64,000 nucleotides of DNA from Candidatus Oxydemutatoraceae bacterium (GCA_965218975.1 OZ244717.1:384001-448000); one strand, 5' to 3'. Shown: positions 32,484-43,346, numbered from the stretch's first letter. Notes: generated by a model not told the origin, from the letters alone. Numbers and translations: made by a program.

Positions 32484-33227
32484 CGGATTGTGCCGGATTG
32501 TCGGTAGGTTGTGCCGGATTATTAGCAAAGTACATGTCGTCCATGACGAAACTTCGTGCTGTCAACAAACCCCAGCCCCGACATCCTTGTCGGGTCGTTC
32601 ACCGCTGAAAACCGTTCGGTTTTCCGGGCGCGTCTCATCCATGACGAAACTTCGTGCTGTCAACAAACCCCAGCCCCGACATCCTTGTCGGGTCGTTCGC
32701 CGCTGAAAACCAATTGGTTTTCCGGGCGCGCCTCACCCATGACGAGACTTGGTGCTGTCAATGAACCCCAGCCCCGACGTCCTTGCCGGGTCGTTCACCG
32801 CTGAAAACCGATCGGTCCTGCCTGTGCGGCGCACGCAGACAAGTTTCCGGGCGCGTCTCACCCTGCACCGCCCTCATGCCAGCAACGGACAGAAAGCACC
32901 GGTCCGAATGTTACTGCCGAATACTTCTCCAGAAGATCTGCAAGAATCCCACTAGGGTGGCATCGTTGCATAAGCTCAGAAACATTTGGCACTCCGCCCG
33001 ACATGAGGAGCAGCCATGCAAATCCAATATATAGGTTATCGAATCCGGGGGGTTGCCGGGTGTACGTGTCCGGATACATACCGGATTCTCGGACCTCAAT
33101 AAAAAGGTGACCGATATGCGATATCAGCACATCGGCCACCGCATCAAAGGTTTCTATAAAATAGCTAATTTTGCTTCAAAAATGGAGGCTCATGAGCACA
33201 GCTGCTCAACAGAAACACGATGTCCTC
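32484..33227 (+). repeat. Most complete modular repeat copy: A-(B-C)x3-D-E-G-F
   Basis: C units near 32570, 32668, 32767 (last with a 27-bp nested palindrome); D about 32864-32966; E 32997-33054; F from 33101. Confidence 0.85.
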
Positions 33228-33711
33228 TGAGCATGCGGCCAGGGGACATCACCATGATCGCCATAGACGCGATGAGCATGTGCATGATGAAGAGCGTCAT
33301 CACGACCGCCGCCAACGCGATATGCACATCTGGCTTGATCCGGAAAATGCCAAACAAATCGCGCGCGCCATTGCTGAAGAATTAAGCGCAGTCTATCCCG
33401 GCAACCGTGACGCGTACAAGGCTAATGCCGCCGATCTGATTAGCCGTATCGATACACTAGACGCAATGCTGCGGTCTGAGTTAGCGGAGTTGCGAGATAA
33501 ACGGTTCGTCGTTTTCCATGACGCCCATCAGTACTTTGAACGCCATTATGGATTGAGCGCGGTCGGGTCAATCGCATTTGATCCCGGCGCGGCGCCGTTG
33601 CCGAACCATATCCGAACAGCGCGCGCAGCTGCGGCAAACGGGCGCAAAATGCGTCTTTCGCGAACCTCAATTCTCAGACCGAGTAATCAATACCGTCATT
33701 GAAGGAACAGT

Positions 33712-35623
33712 CTTGACTTCGTAGGTTTTGACCTTTGGGCAAAAAATAAATCTTTTATTATCATAGGGTTACCCGGACGCTGCCGAAAAACCCTATTGTA
33801 GTGCCCCCAGGCTTGTTTTCACTTGGATTTTGGGTTATCATTCGGGTCTATGTACTTGCGTGAAAAATATGATCCCGAACGTGGCCGCACTCGCTTGCAG
33901 ATCGTGCGCTCCGTGCGCACTGCCGATGGTCCGCGTCAGCGTGTGGTTCGGCATATCGGCGCTGCCGACAGTCCCGAGCAGCTTGCATCTTTGCGCAAGC
34001 TCGGCGAGGTCACCTTGGAAGAGCTGCGCCAAGCCGGTACAGCACAACAGTCGCTGTTCACACCGAAGCAGTACGCGGATCTCGCAGCTGAGGCACGGCA
34101 CGCACCGCGTTTGGCGCGCTTCGGGGTAGATCTTGCCGAATGCCGTGAGGAGATGCGGCTGATACTTGGGGTGCGCGAGGCGTTCACGCAGATTTATTCG
34201 CACTTGGGTTGGAACCAGGTGTTGGGGGCGCGGCGCACAGTAGCGAACCGCATCCTGCGCGAGCTGGTACTGGCGCGTATCGCACAGCCGCAGAGCAAGC
34301 GCGCTACGGTGTGCGAGCTCGAACGAAGCGGCGTTTCGCTCAATCTCGACCGGGTTTACCAGACTATGGATCACCTTGAGGAGGCGGTGATCGCACGCAT
34401 CCGGGAACAGTCTCATCAGGCGGCACAGAAGTTGTATGATCAGCCCCTCAAGGTGTTCTTCTTTGATTGCACGACCCTGTACTTCGAGAGCGAGCAAGAG
34501 GACCCGTTGCGCGCGAAAGGTTATAGTAAGGACGGCAAGCCGCACCGCTGCCAGGTGTTACTGGCACTGATGACGACCTGCGACGGTCTGCCGGTGGACT
34601 ACGCACTGTTGCCGGGCAACACCTTTGAGGGCAAAACCTTGATGCAGGCAGTGACAAGTCTGCAACAGAGACATCCGGGTGCTGTATTTACAGTAGTGGC
34701 CGATGCGGCGATGCTGAGCCGTGAGAACCAGACATTCCTGCAGGAGCAGGGCTTGGCCTATGTGCTCGGCTATCGTCTCAAGTCGGCCCCGGCCAAGATC
34801 AAGCTGCAGGCCCTCAGTGCAGCAGACGATCAAGGCTGGCTCAAAACGCAGGACCTGCGTTACCGGATGATTCGCCACGAAGGCCGGCGGATCATAGTCA
34901 CCTATTCACGCCGGCGCGCGCGCAAGGATCAAGAAGTTCGGGAACGCATATTGTCACAGTTGCGCCGGAAGTATCAACGCAGCGAGCGCCCGGCAGGTTT
35001 CGTGGCGCGCGGCTATGCCTGTTACTTAAGCTTCCCCGCAAAGGGCCGGGTTAAGATTGATGCGGCCAAGGTGGCCGATGCGGCGCGTTGGGACGGCCTG
35101 CGCGCAATCATCGCACACGGCAACGAGGAGATGGCGCCAAAGGAATTGCTGTCGCAGTACCGTCGGTTGTGGGAAGTAGAACATTGCTTTCGCACTAACA
35201 AGCATGACCTTTGCATCCGCCCGATCTTTCACTGGAAGCCGCGGCGTATCCAGGCGCACATTGCGATCTGCTATATGGCCTTCTGCTGCTTGCAGCAGCT
35301 GCGCCGGCGGCTCAAAGCGCTGGGCTTCCCGATGAGCGCGGAGCGGATCCGGCGCGAGCTCGACACCTTGCAGTTGAGCATCTTGGTACGTACCGACACA
35401 CAGAAGCGGTATGCGATGCCGAGCCGCGCGAGCGCAGACGCCAACAGGATCTACCGTAGTGTCGGCCTGAAATGGAACGAAGCTCCGTTCCCGCTTCCCG
35501 ACAAGTCACGCCCTGGGGGAAGCTGAGCGCGGAGGGCTACAAACAACACCGTAATGTAGTGCCCTTGAGAATCCTGAAGGCAATAATATCAATCACTTAC
35601 GAGACAAAACCTACGAAGTCAAG
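33712..35623 (+). mobile_element. IS1634-family insertion sequence, apparently intact
   Basis: 19-bp terminal IRs CTTGACTTCGTAGGTTTTG / CAAAACCTACGAAGTCAAG; 23-bp target duplication at 33689-33711 and 35624-35646. Confidence 0.9.
33850..35526 (+). CDS. IS1634-family DDE transposase
   Basis: FFDCTTLYFE, GYSKDGK, VVADAAM, WEVEHCFRTNK, IRPIFHW...AHIAIC. Confidence 0.88.
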   Translation: MYLREKYDPERGRTRLQIVRSVRTADGPRQRVVRHIGAADSPEQLASLRKLGEVTLEELRQAGTAQQSLFTPKQYADLAAEARHAPRLARFGVDLAECREEMRLILGVREAFTQIYSHLGWNQVLGARRTVANRILRELVLARIAQPQSKRATVCELERSGVSLNLDRVYQTMDHLEEAVIARIREQSHQAAQKLYDQPLKVFFFDCTTLYFESEQEDPLRAKGYSKDGKPHRCQVLLALMTTCDGLPVDYALLPGNTFEGKTLMQAVTSLQQRHPGAVFTVVADAAMLSRENQTFLQEQGLAYVLGYRLKSAPAKIKLQALSAADDQGWLKTQDLRYRMIRHEGRRIIVTYSRRRARKDQEVRERILSQLRRKYQRSERPAGFVARGYACYLSFPAKGRVKIDAAKVADAARWDGLRAIIAHGNEEMAPKELLSQYRRLWEVEHCFRTNKHDLCIRPIFHWKPRRIQAHIAICYMAFCCLQQLRRRLKALGFPMSAERIRRELDTLQLSILVRTDTQKRYAMPSRASADANRIYRSVGLKWNEAPFPLPDKSRPGGS

Positions 35624-35915
35624 AATACCGTCATTGAAGGAACAGTCGTGAAAATCGGCACGCTCAATCCCCTGGGTGTTGAACTGCGAGCAGGGGCAGA
35701 CTTGTATTTCGAACTGCTGAGAAATCTGACTAACGACCTCAAAGCCTGTCTTGACTAAATTAAATAGAGATGACACTATCCTTGAAACTGCGGTGTGCTT
35801 ATGGATGGGTTCTCTCTTGCGACAGAAGCGGCAAAACCGCAGTAAGCGCTGTGCCGGAGACCGGAATAACAGCGCTAAAAGCAAGTTCAGTGCCAATATT
35901 TAAGGAGAACAGCGC

Positions 35916-36276
35916 ATGAATAACGAACAGGTTGCCGATAGCTTAAAAATGGTATTAGCGGATACATACGCTTTGTATCTTAAGACCCAGAATTACCATT
36001 GGAATGTAACCGGACCGAATTTTAAGTCTTTGCACTTATTGTTTGAGGAGCAGTACACCGATTTAGCGCAGGCGGTTGACAGCGTTGCGGAACGCATTCG
36101 CACTTGCGGTAGCGATGGTGCGGGAATTGGCCGATGATCAGGAAACCATTATCAACACGCTGAAACAAACGCTGGAGAAAGAGCAAACCGCGAATGACGA
36201 AGGCACGGTCAGTTTGATGGCGGACCGGATTGCCATACATGAAAAGACTGCCTGGATGCTATGCAGCAGCGTTTAA
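35916..36276 (+). pseudogene. dps: Dps ferritin-like protein with internal deletion and frameshift
   Basis: [24 protein letters not shown]...D.VAERIR then, in another frame, DEGTVSLMADRI..HEKTAWML. Confidence 0.85.
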
Positions 36277-36503
36277 TCCGAGCATATAAACGGTCCGCTG
36301 CCCAGGCCGCAGCTCCGTCTTCCAAAATGGAACCTGGCGGAAAGGGGGCCTGCCGCCAGCAGTTTTCAGGGGCAGCCAGGACACTTCTTTGATTATCATT
36401 GACATGCCGATAAATATGCCCTTTATTCTGTCAGGAGCCTGCTTGACCAATCACGCGCCATCATGCGGTACCGTGTCAAACGGGGTGTGAATTGGGGCAC
36501 GAG

Positions 36504-37080
36504 ATGGCAAGGCTCTCGGTGCGCAAGGTCGGAACCGCGCAGACCTGGGTTCAGCGGCTCACCATCCGGAGGGCGCGGACGGACAACAGCATCGGGTGCT
36601 ATCCGGCCATGAGTTTGGCGGAAGCATGCACGGCAGTCTTCGGGCGTTGGAAGACCACCAAGGCGAGCAGCCAGATCGTGGCACCGACATTCGCGGAAGC
36701 TGCCGAGACCATCATCGCCATGCGCGAACCGACTTGGCGCAGTCCAAATTCCGGGCACCAATGGCGTGCCGGTCCCGAGACCTGCGTCTCTCCGAGCATC
36801 GGAAAGCTATCCGTGTCGGAAGTGACACTGGGCCGCGTTATGGCGATTCTGCTGTCGCTCCGGAGCGCGAGACACGAGACAACTCGATGCCGGCTCTAGC
36901 CTACCCTGAGGTTACCGACTACATCACCGGGACCCGGACCGGACGGCGGGTGGTCCTCGCATTGAAGCTGGCGCTCAAGTACTCGCTCCTGACGGCCACT
37001 TGGTCGGCCGAGATGCGCAAGGCGACATCGGCCAAGACCGACATGAACAGCACCATGCGGACGCTGCTGTATCATTTTTT
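36504..37080 (+). pseudogene. Highly decayed P4-like tyrosine integrase
   Basis: MARLSVRKV, WVQRLTI...G.YPAMSLAEA (arm-binding), PTFAEAA, MPALAY, LLTAT.SAE.R fragments in different frames. Confidence 0.65.
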
Positions 37081-37098
37081 CAGTCGTGACGCATCGCT

Positions 37099-39231
37099 AT
37101 GAAGGGGGAATTGTACGCGTGGGTCCCGTGGTTCCAGGAACTCGCCAACAAGATCGCTGAAGGGAGCCCAGAGCAACTGGCTAAGCGCGCGCGACAGGTC
37201 AAATGGCGCGACAGCGACGACACACATCCACTTCTGAAGTATGGCCCGGACAATATTGACCCATTCTCGTTCATCTACACGCTTACGGCGAACTGCGGTA
37301 AGGTCGCGAGCCGAACGAGGGTCGTTGGAAGCGTCTCGACCGTCTTCGAACTGCAGGCTAAATTGCCCGTGGACCTTGACTATGCCTTCTATTTCCCACG
37401 TGCCAACCCGCAGAACACACTCTTCCACCAGGACGGCGTCGGCAATCCGAAGCTGCTCTGGGAGCTATTTCGAGACGCTGTACAGGGAATTGACTCGGTC
37501 CGTGCTGAGGTTTTTAGCGATGCCCTGCAGATCAAAAACGTGCGTATCACGAAACTCACACAGACGCTGTTCCTAATTGACGGGAAGGTTTTTATGCCGT
37601 ACGACAAATCAACGCGGCCGTTACTTGGGGACAAGGTGCCCAAAACGCCGGACTGGCAACATTACAGGCAAGCCATAGACGCAATGCGAGCCGCGTTCCC
37701 GGGTTGTGAGCTCTACGAGATTAACCTGTTCGCGTACTTAACACACAAGGGCATAATTAATAAGGTAGGAACAAAGATATTTCAGGTGAGCACCAACGTA
37801 TTTGACGACGGCGTGGACCATTGGGAAGACTTTGACCGGAACAGCTGGGTGTACACGAACGAAGTCGCGCCGGAAGTTGAATCCGAGCAGGATGGCACAC
37901 CGCCACCGCGCACGTACCCAGTCAATGCGCCCAATACAGGCGATGTAGTGCTGGCACACAATGGCGACGCAGGCAAAGGCATCGGGATCATCTGGCCGAA
38001 CGACTATCGGCATAGTCGGCTGCACGTGGTCTGGCTGAACAAGATGCAGACGTCGCTGGGCGCCAGGTTCACACCCCAGCGTGGTTTCACTCAAGCCCAT
38101 AAGATTGAGCAAGCGTTCCGCAGGTGCGAGGCGTATCAACCGACATTCGCTAAGATTGACGGGCTACAGGCAATCCATGAAGCGGAGTTGACGGAGGAAG
38201 GCAAAGCGGAGGTTCGGTCGGATCTTGGAATCTCTCAGCCGCTCAACCAGATTCTCTACGGTCCACCGGGCACGGGCAAAACATGGCATACGGTGAATCT
38301 GGCGCTCGCCATCGTTAATGGTCGCCCGAACGGCGACCACAACCTCGAGCAGTTTGAGGCTCTTCGGTTTGACCCGGCGGCGGGTAAGGGGACAGGTAAG
38401 GGCAACATTGCCATGGTAACCTTCCACCAGAACTTCGCCTACGAAGACTTCGTGGAGGGTATCCGTCCCATCCTCAAGGACGATGCGGAGGGAGGATTGC
38501 GGTACTGTCTCCACCAGGGTTTGTTCAAGCAGATTGCGACTGCCGCGCGCGAGCGGCCGAGCGAGCGTTTCGTTCTCATCATTGATGAGATCAATCGGGG
38601 TAACATCGCGAGGATATTCGGCGAACTCATCACTCTGATTGAAGACAGCCGACGGGTGGGCGGTCCTGAGGAGACGCGCGTGATGCTGCCCTATTCCAAC
38701 GAACAATTCGGTGTCCCAAAAAACTTATACCTCATCGGCACGATGAATACGGCCGACCGTTCAATCCAGCTGCTCGACACCGCGCTACGGCGCCGTTTCG
38801 CGTTCGTTGAGATGATGCCCGACCCGGATCATGACAGCATGGCCCGAATCGAGAACCTGAGCTGCGCCCAAATGCTGAGGACGATCAACAACCGGATTGC
38901 GCTGCTGCTGGACCGGGAGCACCAGATCGGACACACGTATCTGCTTGACGTGAACGACATAGAGACACTCGCGCACAGATTCAAGAGCCAGATTTTTCCG
39001 CTGCTGCAAGAGTACTTCTTTGACGATTGGTCAAAGATCAAGGCAGTGCTTGGCGCCAGTCCATTTGTTGAAGTTGATTCTGCGGCCGAAAAGAAGCTCC
39101 TTGACCCTGAGTTGACCGACGATGGCCGCAAGATTTTCACGCGACTTTCAGACAATGACCCGCAGTGGAAGTCCTCGGAATCGTACCGCAAAATCTACCA
39201 GACAGAGCCCGGTCCACCGGAAGAAAGCTGA
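37099..39231 (+). CDS. mcrB: McrB-family AAA+ GTPase with long N-terminal extension
   Basis: YGPPGTGKT, FHQNFAYEDFVEGIRP, IIDEINRGN, GTMNTADRS, ALRRRF, PLLQEYF. Confidence 0.9.
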   Translation: MKGELYAWVPWFQELANKIAEGSPEQLAKRARQVKWRDSDDTHPLLKYGPDNIDPFSFIYTLTANCGKVASRTRVVGSVSTVFELQAKLPVDLDYAFYFPRANPQNTLFHQDGVGNPKLLWELFRDAVQGIDSVRAEVFSDALQIKNVRITKLTQTLFLIDGKVFMPYDKSTRPLLGDKVPKTPDWQHYRQAIDAMRAAFPGCELYEINLFAYLTHKGIINKVGTKIFQVSTNVFDDGVDHWEDFDRNSWVYTNEVAPEVESEQDGTPPPRTYPVNAPNTGDVVLAHNGDAGKGIGIIWPNDYRHSRLHVVWLNKMQTSLGARFTPQRGFTQAHKIEQAFRRCEAYQPTFAKIDGLQAIHEAELTEEGKAEVRSDLGISQPLNQILYGPPGTGKTWHTVNLALAIVNGRPNGDHNLEQFEALRFDPAAGKGTGKGNIAMVTFHQNFAYEDFVEGIRPILKDDAEGGLRYCLHQGLFKQIATAARERPSERFVLIIDEINRGNIARIFGELITLIEDSRRVGGPEETRVMLPYSNEQFGVPKNLYLIGTMNTADRSIQLLDTALRRRFAFVEMMPDPDHDSMARIENLSCAQMLRTINNRIALLLDREHQIGHTYLLDVNDIETLAHRFKSQIFPLLQEYFFDDWSKIKAVLGASPFVEVDSAAEKKLLDPELTDDGRKIFTRLSDNDPQWKSSESYRKIYQTEPGPPEES

Positions 39232-40490
39232 TGCCGCAGGTCCATACGGTCCGGGAGCACGATATGCTCAAAGCCGGACCGACGTTGTCGGCGGCCGAAG
39301 TCGACGAACTCTGCGCATTCACCCCGAAAGTGTTCAAGCGGCGCGACGGCGATCTGGTCGCTAGCAGTCACGTTGGCATCGTCACAACAAACCGCGGCAC
39401 GGTCGTGGAGATCCTGCCGAAGATTGATCTTGATGACAGCGGCGACGCGGGGTATGAGCGCACGAGGCAAGTGTTCCTGCAGATGTTACGGCACTGGAAG
39501 GGTCTCGGCGCGCCACTGCCGCCGAGCGACATTCGGGCGTTTTCCCGCTTCCCGATGCTCGAGGTGTTCGTGCGGCAGTTCCTCAAGCACGTGATCGAAT
39601 TGGCACGGCGCGGCCTTGCCAGACGCTACGTTGGGGTTGAAGAGAACCTGCCTTTTCTTCGCGGACGAATTGTCTTCGCGCGCCAGCTCCGGGAAAACAT
39701 CGTCAACCAGGCCCGGTTCCATGTTGCCCACGACGAACTAACCACCAACCGCCCAGCCAACCGCCTGATCCGCAGTACGCTACTACGACTCGCGGCGCGC
39801 ATTCGCGAGCCCGGGAACCGGCAGATGCTACGAGAGGCACTGGTTAGCCTGGCGGATGTACCACCTGCCGAGGACATCAATGCGGATTGGCGGAACCATC
39901 ACGTGGACCGTTCAATGCTGCACTATCATGCCGTAATGCAATGGGTTGGTCTGTTCCTGTTCGATCGAGGACTGACGACCTTCTCAGGGCCTCACACGGA
40001 CTTGTCCCTTTTGTTTTCGATGGAGCGGGTGTTCGAGGACTTCGTGACGGACAGTTTCCGGCGCTACCAGCGTCGCTACCGTGTCTGGGCACAGCGCCCG
40101 CAACGGCCAATGGCATCAATCGGCGGCCGCAGAGCTTTTATGATGAAGCCGGACATCTCGCTCCTGCGGGGAAGCCGGGGAGGCAAGGCTGCCTTTATCC
40201 TGGACGCCAAGTGGAAACGAATCAACGCTGGGCGCGATCACCCAAAACACGGCATTGATCAAGGCGATCTCTACCAGCTTTATGCGTACGGCAAACGCAA
40301 CGACTGCGACGCCGTTGCACTGGTCTATCCGCGAAATCGCGCATTCCGGAACACGCTGCATTATCGCTTCTTTGATGACCTGCCGCTACTTGCGGTTCCG
40401 TTTGACGTGACGCGACCGGAGGCAACAACGGTACAAGTCATTCAGGCGCTTGAGCAAAGTGTTGCACGAGATTCCAAAAGTTTGAGTTGA
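39231..40490 (+). CDS. mcrC: McrC-family nuclease subunit
   Basis: ATG overlaps the mcrB stop; EILPKI, EENL.FLRG, ME.VFE.FV, KPDI, ILDAKWK, DLYQLYAY. Confidence 0.88.
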   Translation: MPQVHTVREHDMLKAGPTLSAAEVDELCAFTPKVFKRRDGDLVASSHVGIVTTNRGTVVEILPKIDLDDSGDAGYERTRQVFLQMLRHWKGLGAPLPPSDIRAFSRFPMLEVFVRQFLKHVIELARRGLARRYVGVEENLPFLRGRIVFARQLRENIVNQARFHVAHDELTTNRPANRLIRSTLLRLAARIREPGNRQMLREALVSLADVPPAEDINADWRNHHVDRSMLHYHAVMQWVGLFLFDRGLTTFSGPHTDLSLLFSMERVFEDFVTDSFRRYQRRYRVWAQRPQRPMASIGGRRAFMMKPDISLLRGSRGGKAAFILDAKWKRINAGRDHPKHGIDQGDLYQLYAYGKRNDCDAVALVYPRNRAFRNTLHYRFFDDLPLLAVPFDVTRPEATTVQVIQALEQSVARDSKSLS

Positions 40491-41075
40491 TCACGCCTGT
40501 CATTGCCGCGCCGGCGGACAGTGACAGGCTGCTAAATCGCCCGAAGCGCCTGCAGCGACGCAGCTTGCTAAGCATGTTCCTTCGTGCCGAATTGATGATG
40601 CGGCATTCCGGCGTGATACATGCGTAGCAACTGTAGGCTACACATGGTAGCCGTGACCGGCCCGGGAAACCGACGTGGCGCCGAAGGATATTAAAGCGCC
40701 ATACCGCAGCATCGCGACCTGGAGGACGCACCGGGAGATGGTGCACCGGCACGTCACGTTGAGTAATTGACGAGCGCATCATAGGCGGCTTGGCGGCTGC
40801 AGAACGGAAGGCGCGCTGCATGACCAAGCAGCAATCCAGCTTGGAAGCCGACCTCGCCGTGGCATGACGGATCACGTGGATGCAAAACCCAGCGCGCAGA
40901 CAGCAAACCACACGCGTGAACTGATGCCCGAAACCGAAGATCGCGGCCTGTATAGTGCCAGATACATATGGGACTCACGGCTTAATCTAAATCGGTTTGC
41001 CGTTTCAGGGGAAACTACAGACCGGATGTCACCGGGCGCATTCTTGGCAGCCCTAAGCTCTTCGAACCGATGAAA

Positions 41076-41325
41076 CCGTTTTGTGTTTGTTGTCGGATTG
41101 TTGGCAAAGTACATGTCGTCCATGACGAGACTTGGTGCTGTCAATGAACCCCAGCCCCGACATCCTTGTCGGGTCGTTCGCCGCTGAAAACCAATTGGTT
41201 TTCCGGGCGCGTCTCACCCGGCACCGCCCTCATGCCGGCAACGGACCGAAAGCACCGGCCCGAATGTTACTGCCGAACACTTCTCTCGAAGCGCTTCAAA
41301 AATCCCATTTAGGGTGGCATCGTAC
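41076..41325 (+). repeat. Modular repeat copy (A-B-C-D) directly upstream of the ssrA promoter
   Basis: C unit near 41150-41219; D ends AAAATCCCATTTAGGGTGGCATCGTACA as at about 6890. Confidence 0.88.
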
Positions 41326-41383
41326 AAATGATAGCCGAATCCGAGCAATTTGGTTATAATCCCTCGCGCTGATTAATTTCTCT

Positions 41384-41751
41384 GGGGCGATCTGGCTTCG
41401 ACGGAGATCACAAAACTTGAGGCGCATGCCGAGCCGGCAGTAAAACTCGTAAAACTGGACTGCAAAATATTAGTTGCCAACGAAGACAACTACGCACTGG
41501 CGGCCTAAGAAACCGTCCATGCCTCTTATGAATTAGGTGCTTGTGCCGGTTCAATAAGGGTCGTTTACACAAGATCGCAGCAAGATAGTCTGTGTTCTTG
41601 CTGTTAAACCTGGTAACAGGTTAATACAGAATCGTTGATGACAGCTCTTGTTTGGTCAGAAGTTATCAATTAAATTAAAGACGAAACTAAGCATGTAGGG
41701 CCAACAGCGGCGGATTTTCGGACGCGGGTTCAATTCCCGCCGCCTCCACCA
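41384..41751 (+). ncRNA. ssrA: tmRNA
   Basis: 5' GGGGCG...TTCGAC; tag frame ANEDNYALAA-stop at 41476-41508; 3' GGGTTCAATTCCC...CTCCACCA; TATAAT at 41355. Confidence 0.96.
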
Positions 41752-41916
41752 CTGAGATTTCCTATAAAGTCCGATAGCGTCTGAATATCCTTTATAAAAC
41801 AATATTCTAAGGTGTTTTATTGTCTTATAGTGTATAAAGCTATGTTGTAAAATCCAGCAGTTTTAGTAATACTCTTAGTAATACAGCACATGTTTACTTA
41901 GGAGCGTATTACTAAA

Positions 41917-43158
41917 ATGCCACGAATAACCAAACCCCTCTGTGAAACAGAGGTCAAGCACGCCAAGCCCAAAGGCACTACTTATAACCTTGCAGATGGA
42001 AAAGGCCTATACCTCAAGATCAAGCCCAGCGGCTATAAGGTTTGGATATTCAACTATTACCGGCCATTCACCAAAAAACGAACTGTTGACACTCTTGGCG
42101 AATACCCCGTTATAACTCTCGCCAAGGCACGTTCTAGACGCAATGAATACTTAAAGCTGCTTGCTGATGATATCGACCCGATCGAGCACAAGCTTGAAAA
42201 GAAGAGAATTCATACAGAGAAAAGCAAAAATACACTGGAAGCTGTGACCAGTTGATGGATCAAGGTCAAAAGCAGCCAAGTCTCTGAGGCACATGCAAAA
42301 GATATCTACAGATCACTGGAACTGCATATCTTTCCCGCGCTCGGCAAATTGCCCCTTCACAAAATCAGAGCAAAGCAAGTTATTGAAGTATTAGAGCCTT
42401 TAGCGGCGAAAGGCTCCCTGGAAACTGTAAAACGTTTAATCCAGAGATTAAATGAAATCATGGTCTACGCAGTAAATACAGACCTGGTGGCTACGAACTG
42501 CCTTTCAGGAGTAAGCAAAGCATTTGCTTCACCGGAAAAAAATCACATGCCTACCCTGAAACCGGAGCAATTACCGGAATTAATGAGAGCCATTGCCAAT
42601 GCCAGTATCAAGAAAACTACTCGATGCCTGATCGAGTGGCAATTGCACACAATGACAAGGCCTGGCGAGGCCGCCGGTACAAGATGGGAAGAAATAGACT
42701 TTGAGAAAAAATTGTGGGCTATCCCTGCCATGCGCATGAAAAAGAAACGCCCTCATAAAGTGCCCCTCTCGCCACAAACACTGGTTTTGCTTGAAGTAAT
42801 GAAACCGGTTAGCGCGAACAGAGCATATGTATTTCCTGTGGACAGAAACCCTAGAACCCACACCAACCCAGCAACTGCCAACATGGCGCTCAAAAGAATG
42901 GGGTACGGTCGCTTGTTAGTTGCTCATGGTCTCAGAGCTCTAGCCAGCACTACGTTGAATGAGCAAGGCTTTGATCCTGATACCATTGAGTCGGCATTAG
43001 CCCATTCGGACAAAAACGACGTCAGAGACGCATACAACCATGCTGAATATCTGGAACGTAGGAGAGTCATGATGTGCTGGTGGTCTGAACATATAGAAGC
43101 TGCTGCAGAAGGAAACCTCAGCCTTTCAGGCACTAGAAAATTAAGAGCCGTCAACTGA
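41917..43158 (+). pseudogene. P4-family tyrosine integrase adjacent to ssrA, one in-frame TGA at 42253
   Basis: LADGKGLYL arm domain; TRPGEA, MKKKRPHKVPL, HGLR, LAH, YNHAEY; both ORFs in the same frame. Confidence 0.9.
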
Positions 43159-43346
43159 TCCTGCTCTTCAGCATGGTGTCTGGATTCAATCCACTGGATC
43201 GCTGTATTTTCATGCTGCATGCGCTGGTGAATTCAAACTAAAATTTTTGCATTCAGTCTCAAGTTATACCGCATAAGTATCGACAAAACAAAAATATACA
43301 TGCTAAAGAGATTAGATCTCATTTATAGGGTATAAAGGCTAGAAAC

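Larger units (their letters stand above)
33220..35758 (+). pseudogene. znuA: ZnuA-like zinc ABC substrate-binding protein, 5'-truncated and split by an IS
   Basis: His-rich loop, DMHIWLDPEN, FVVFHDAHQYFE; the C-terminus (KIGTLNPLGVEL..GADLYFELL) resumes after the IS at 35647. Confidence 0.75.

Noticed and set aside
40491-41075. ORFs and hairpins downstream of mcrC
   Set aside because: No recognisable protein or RNA motif apart from repeat module G; probably decayed DNA
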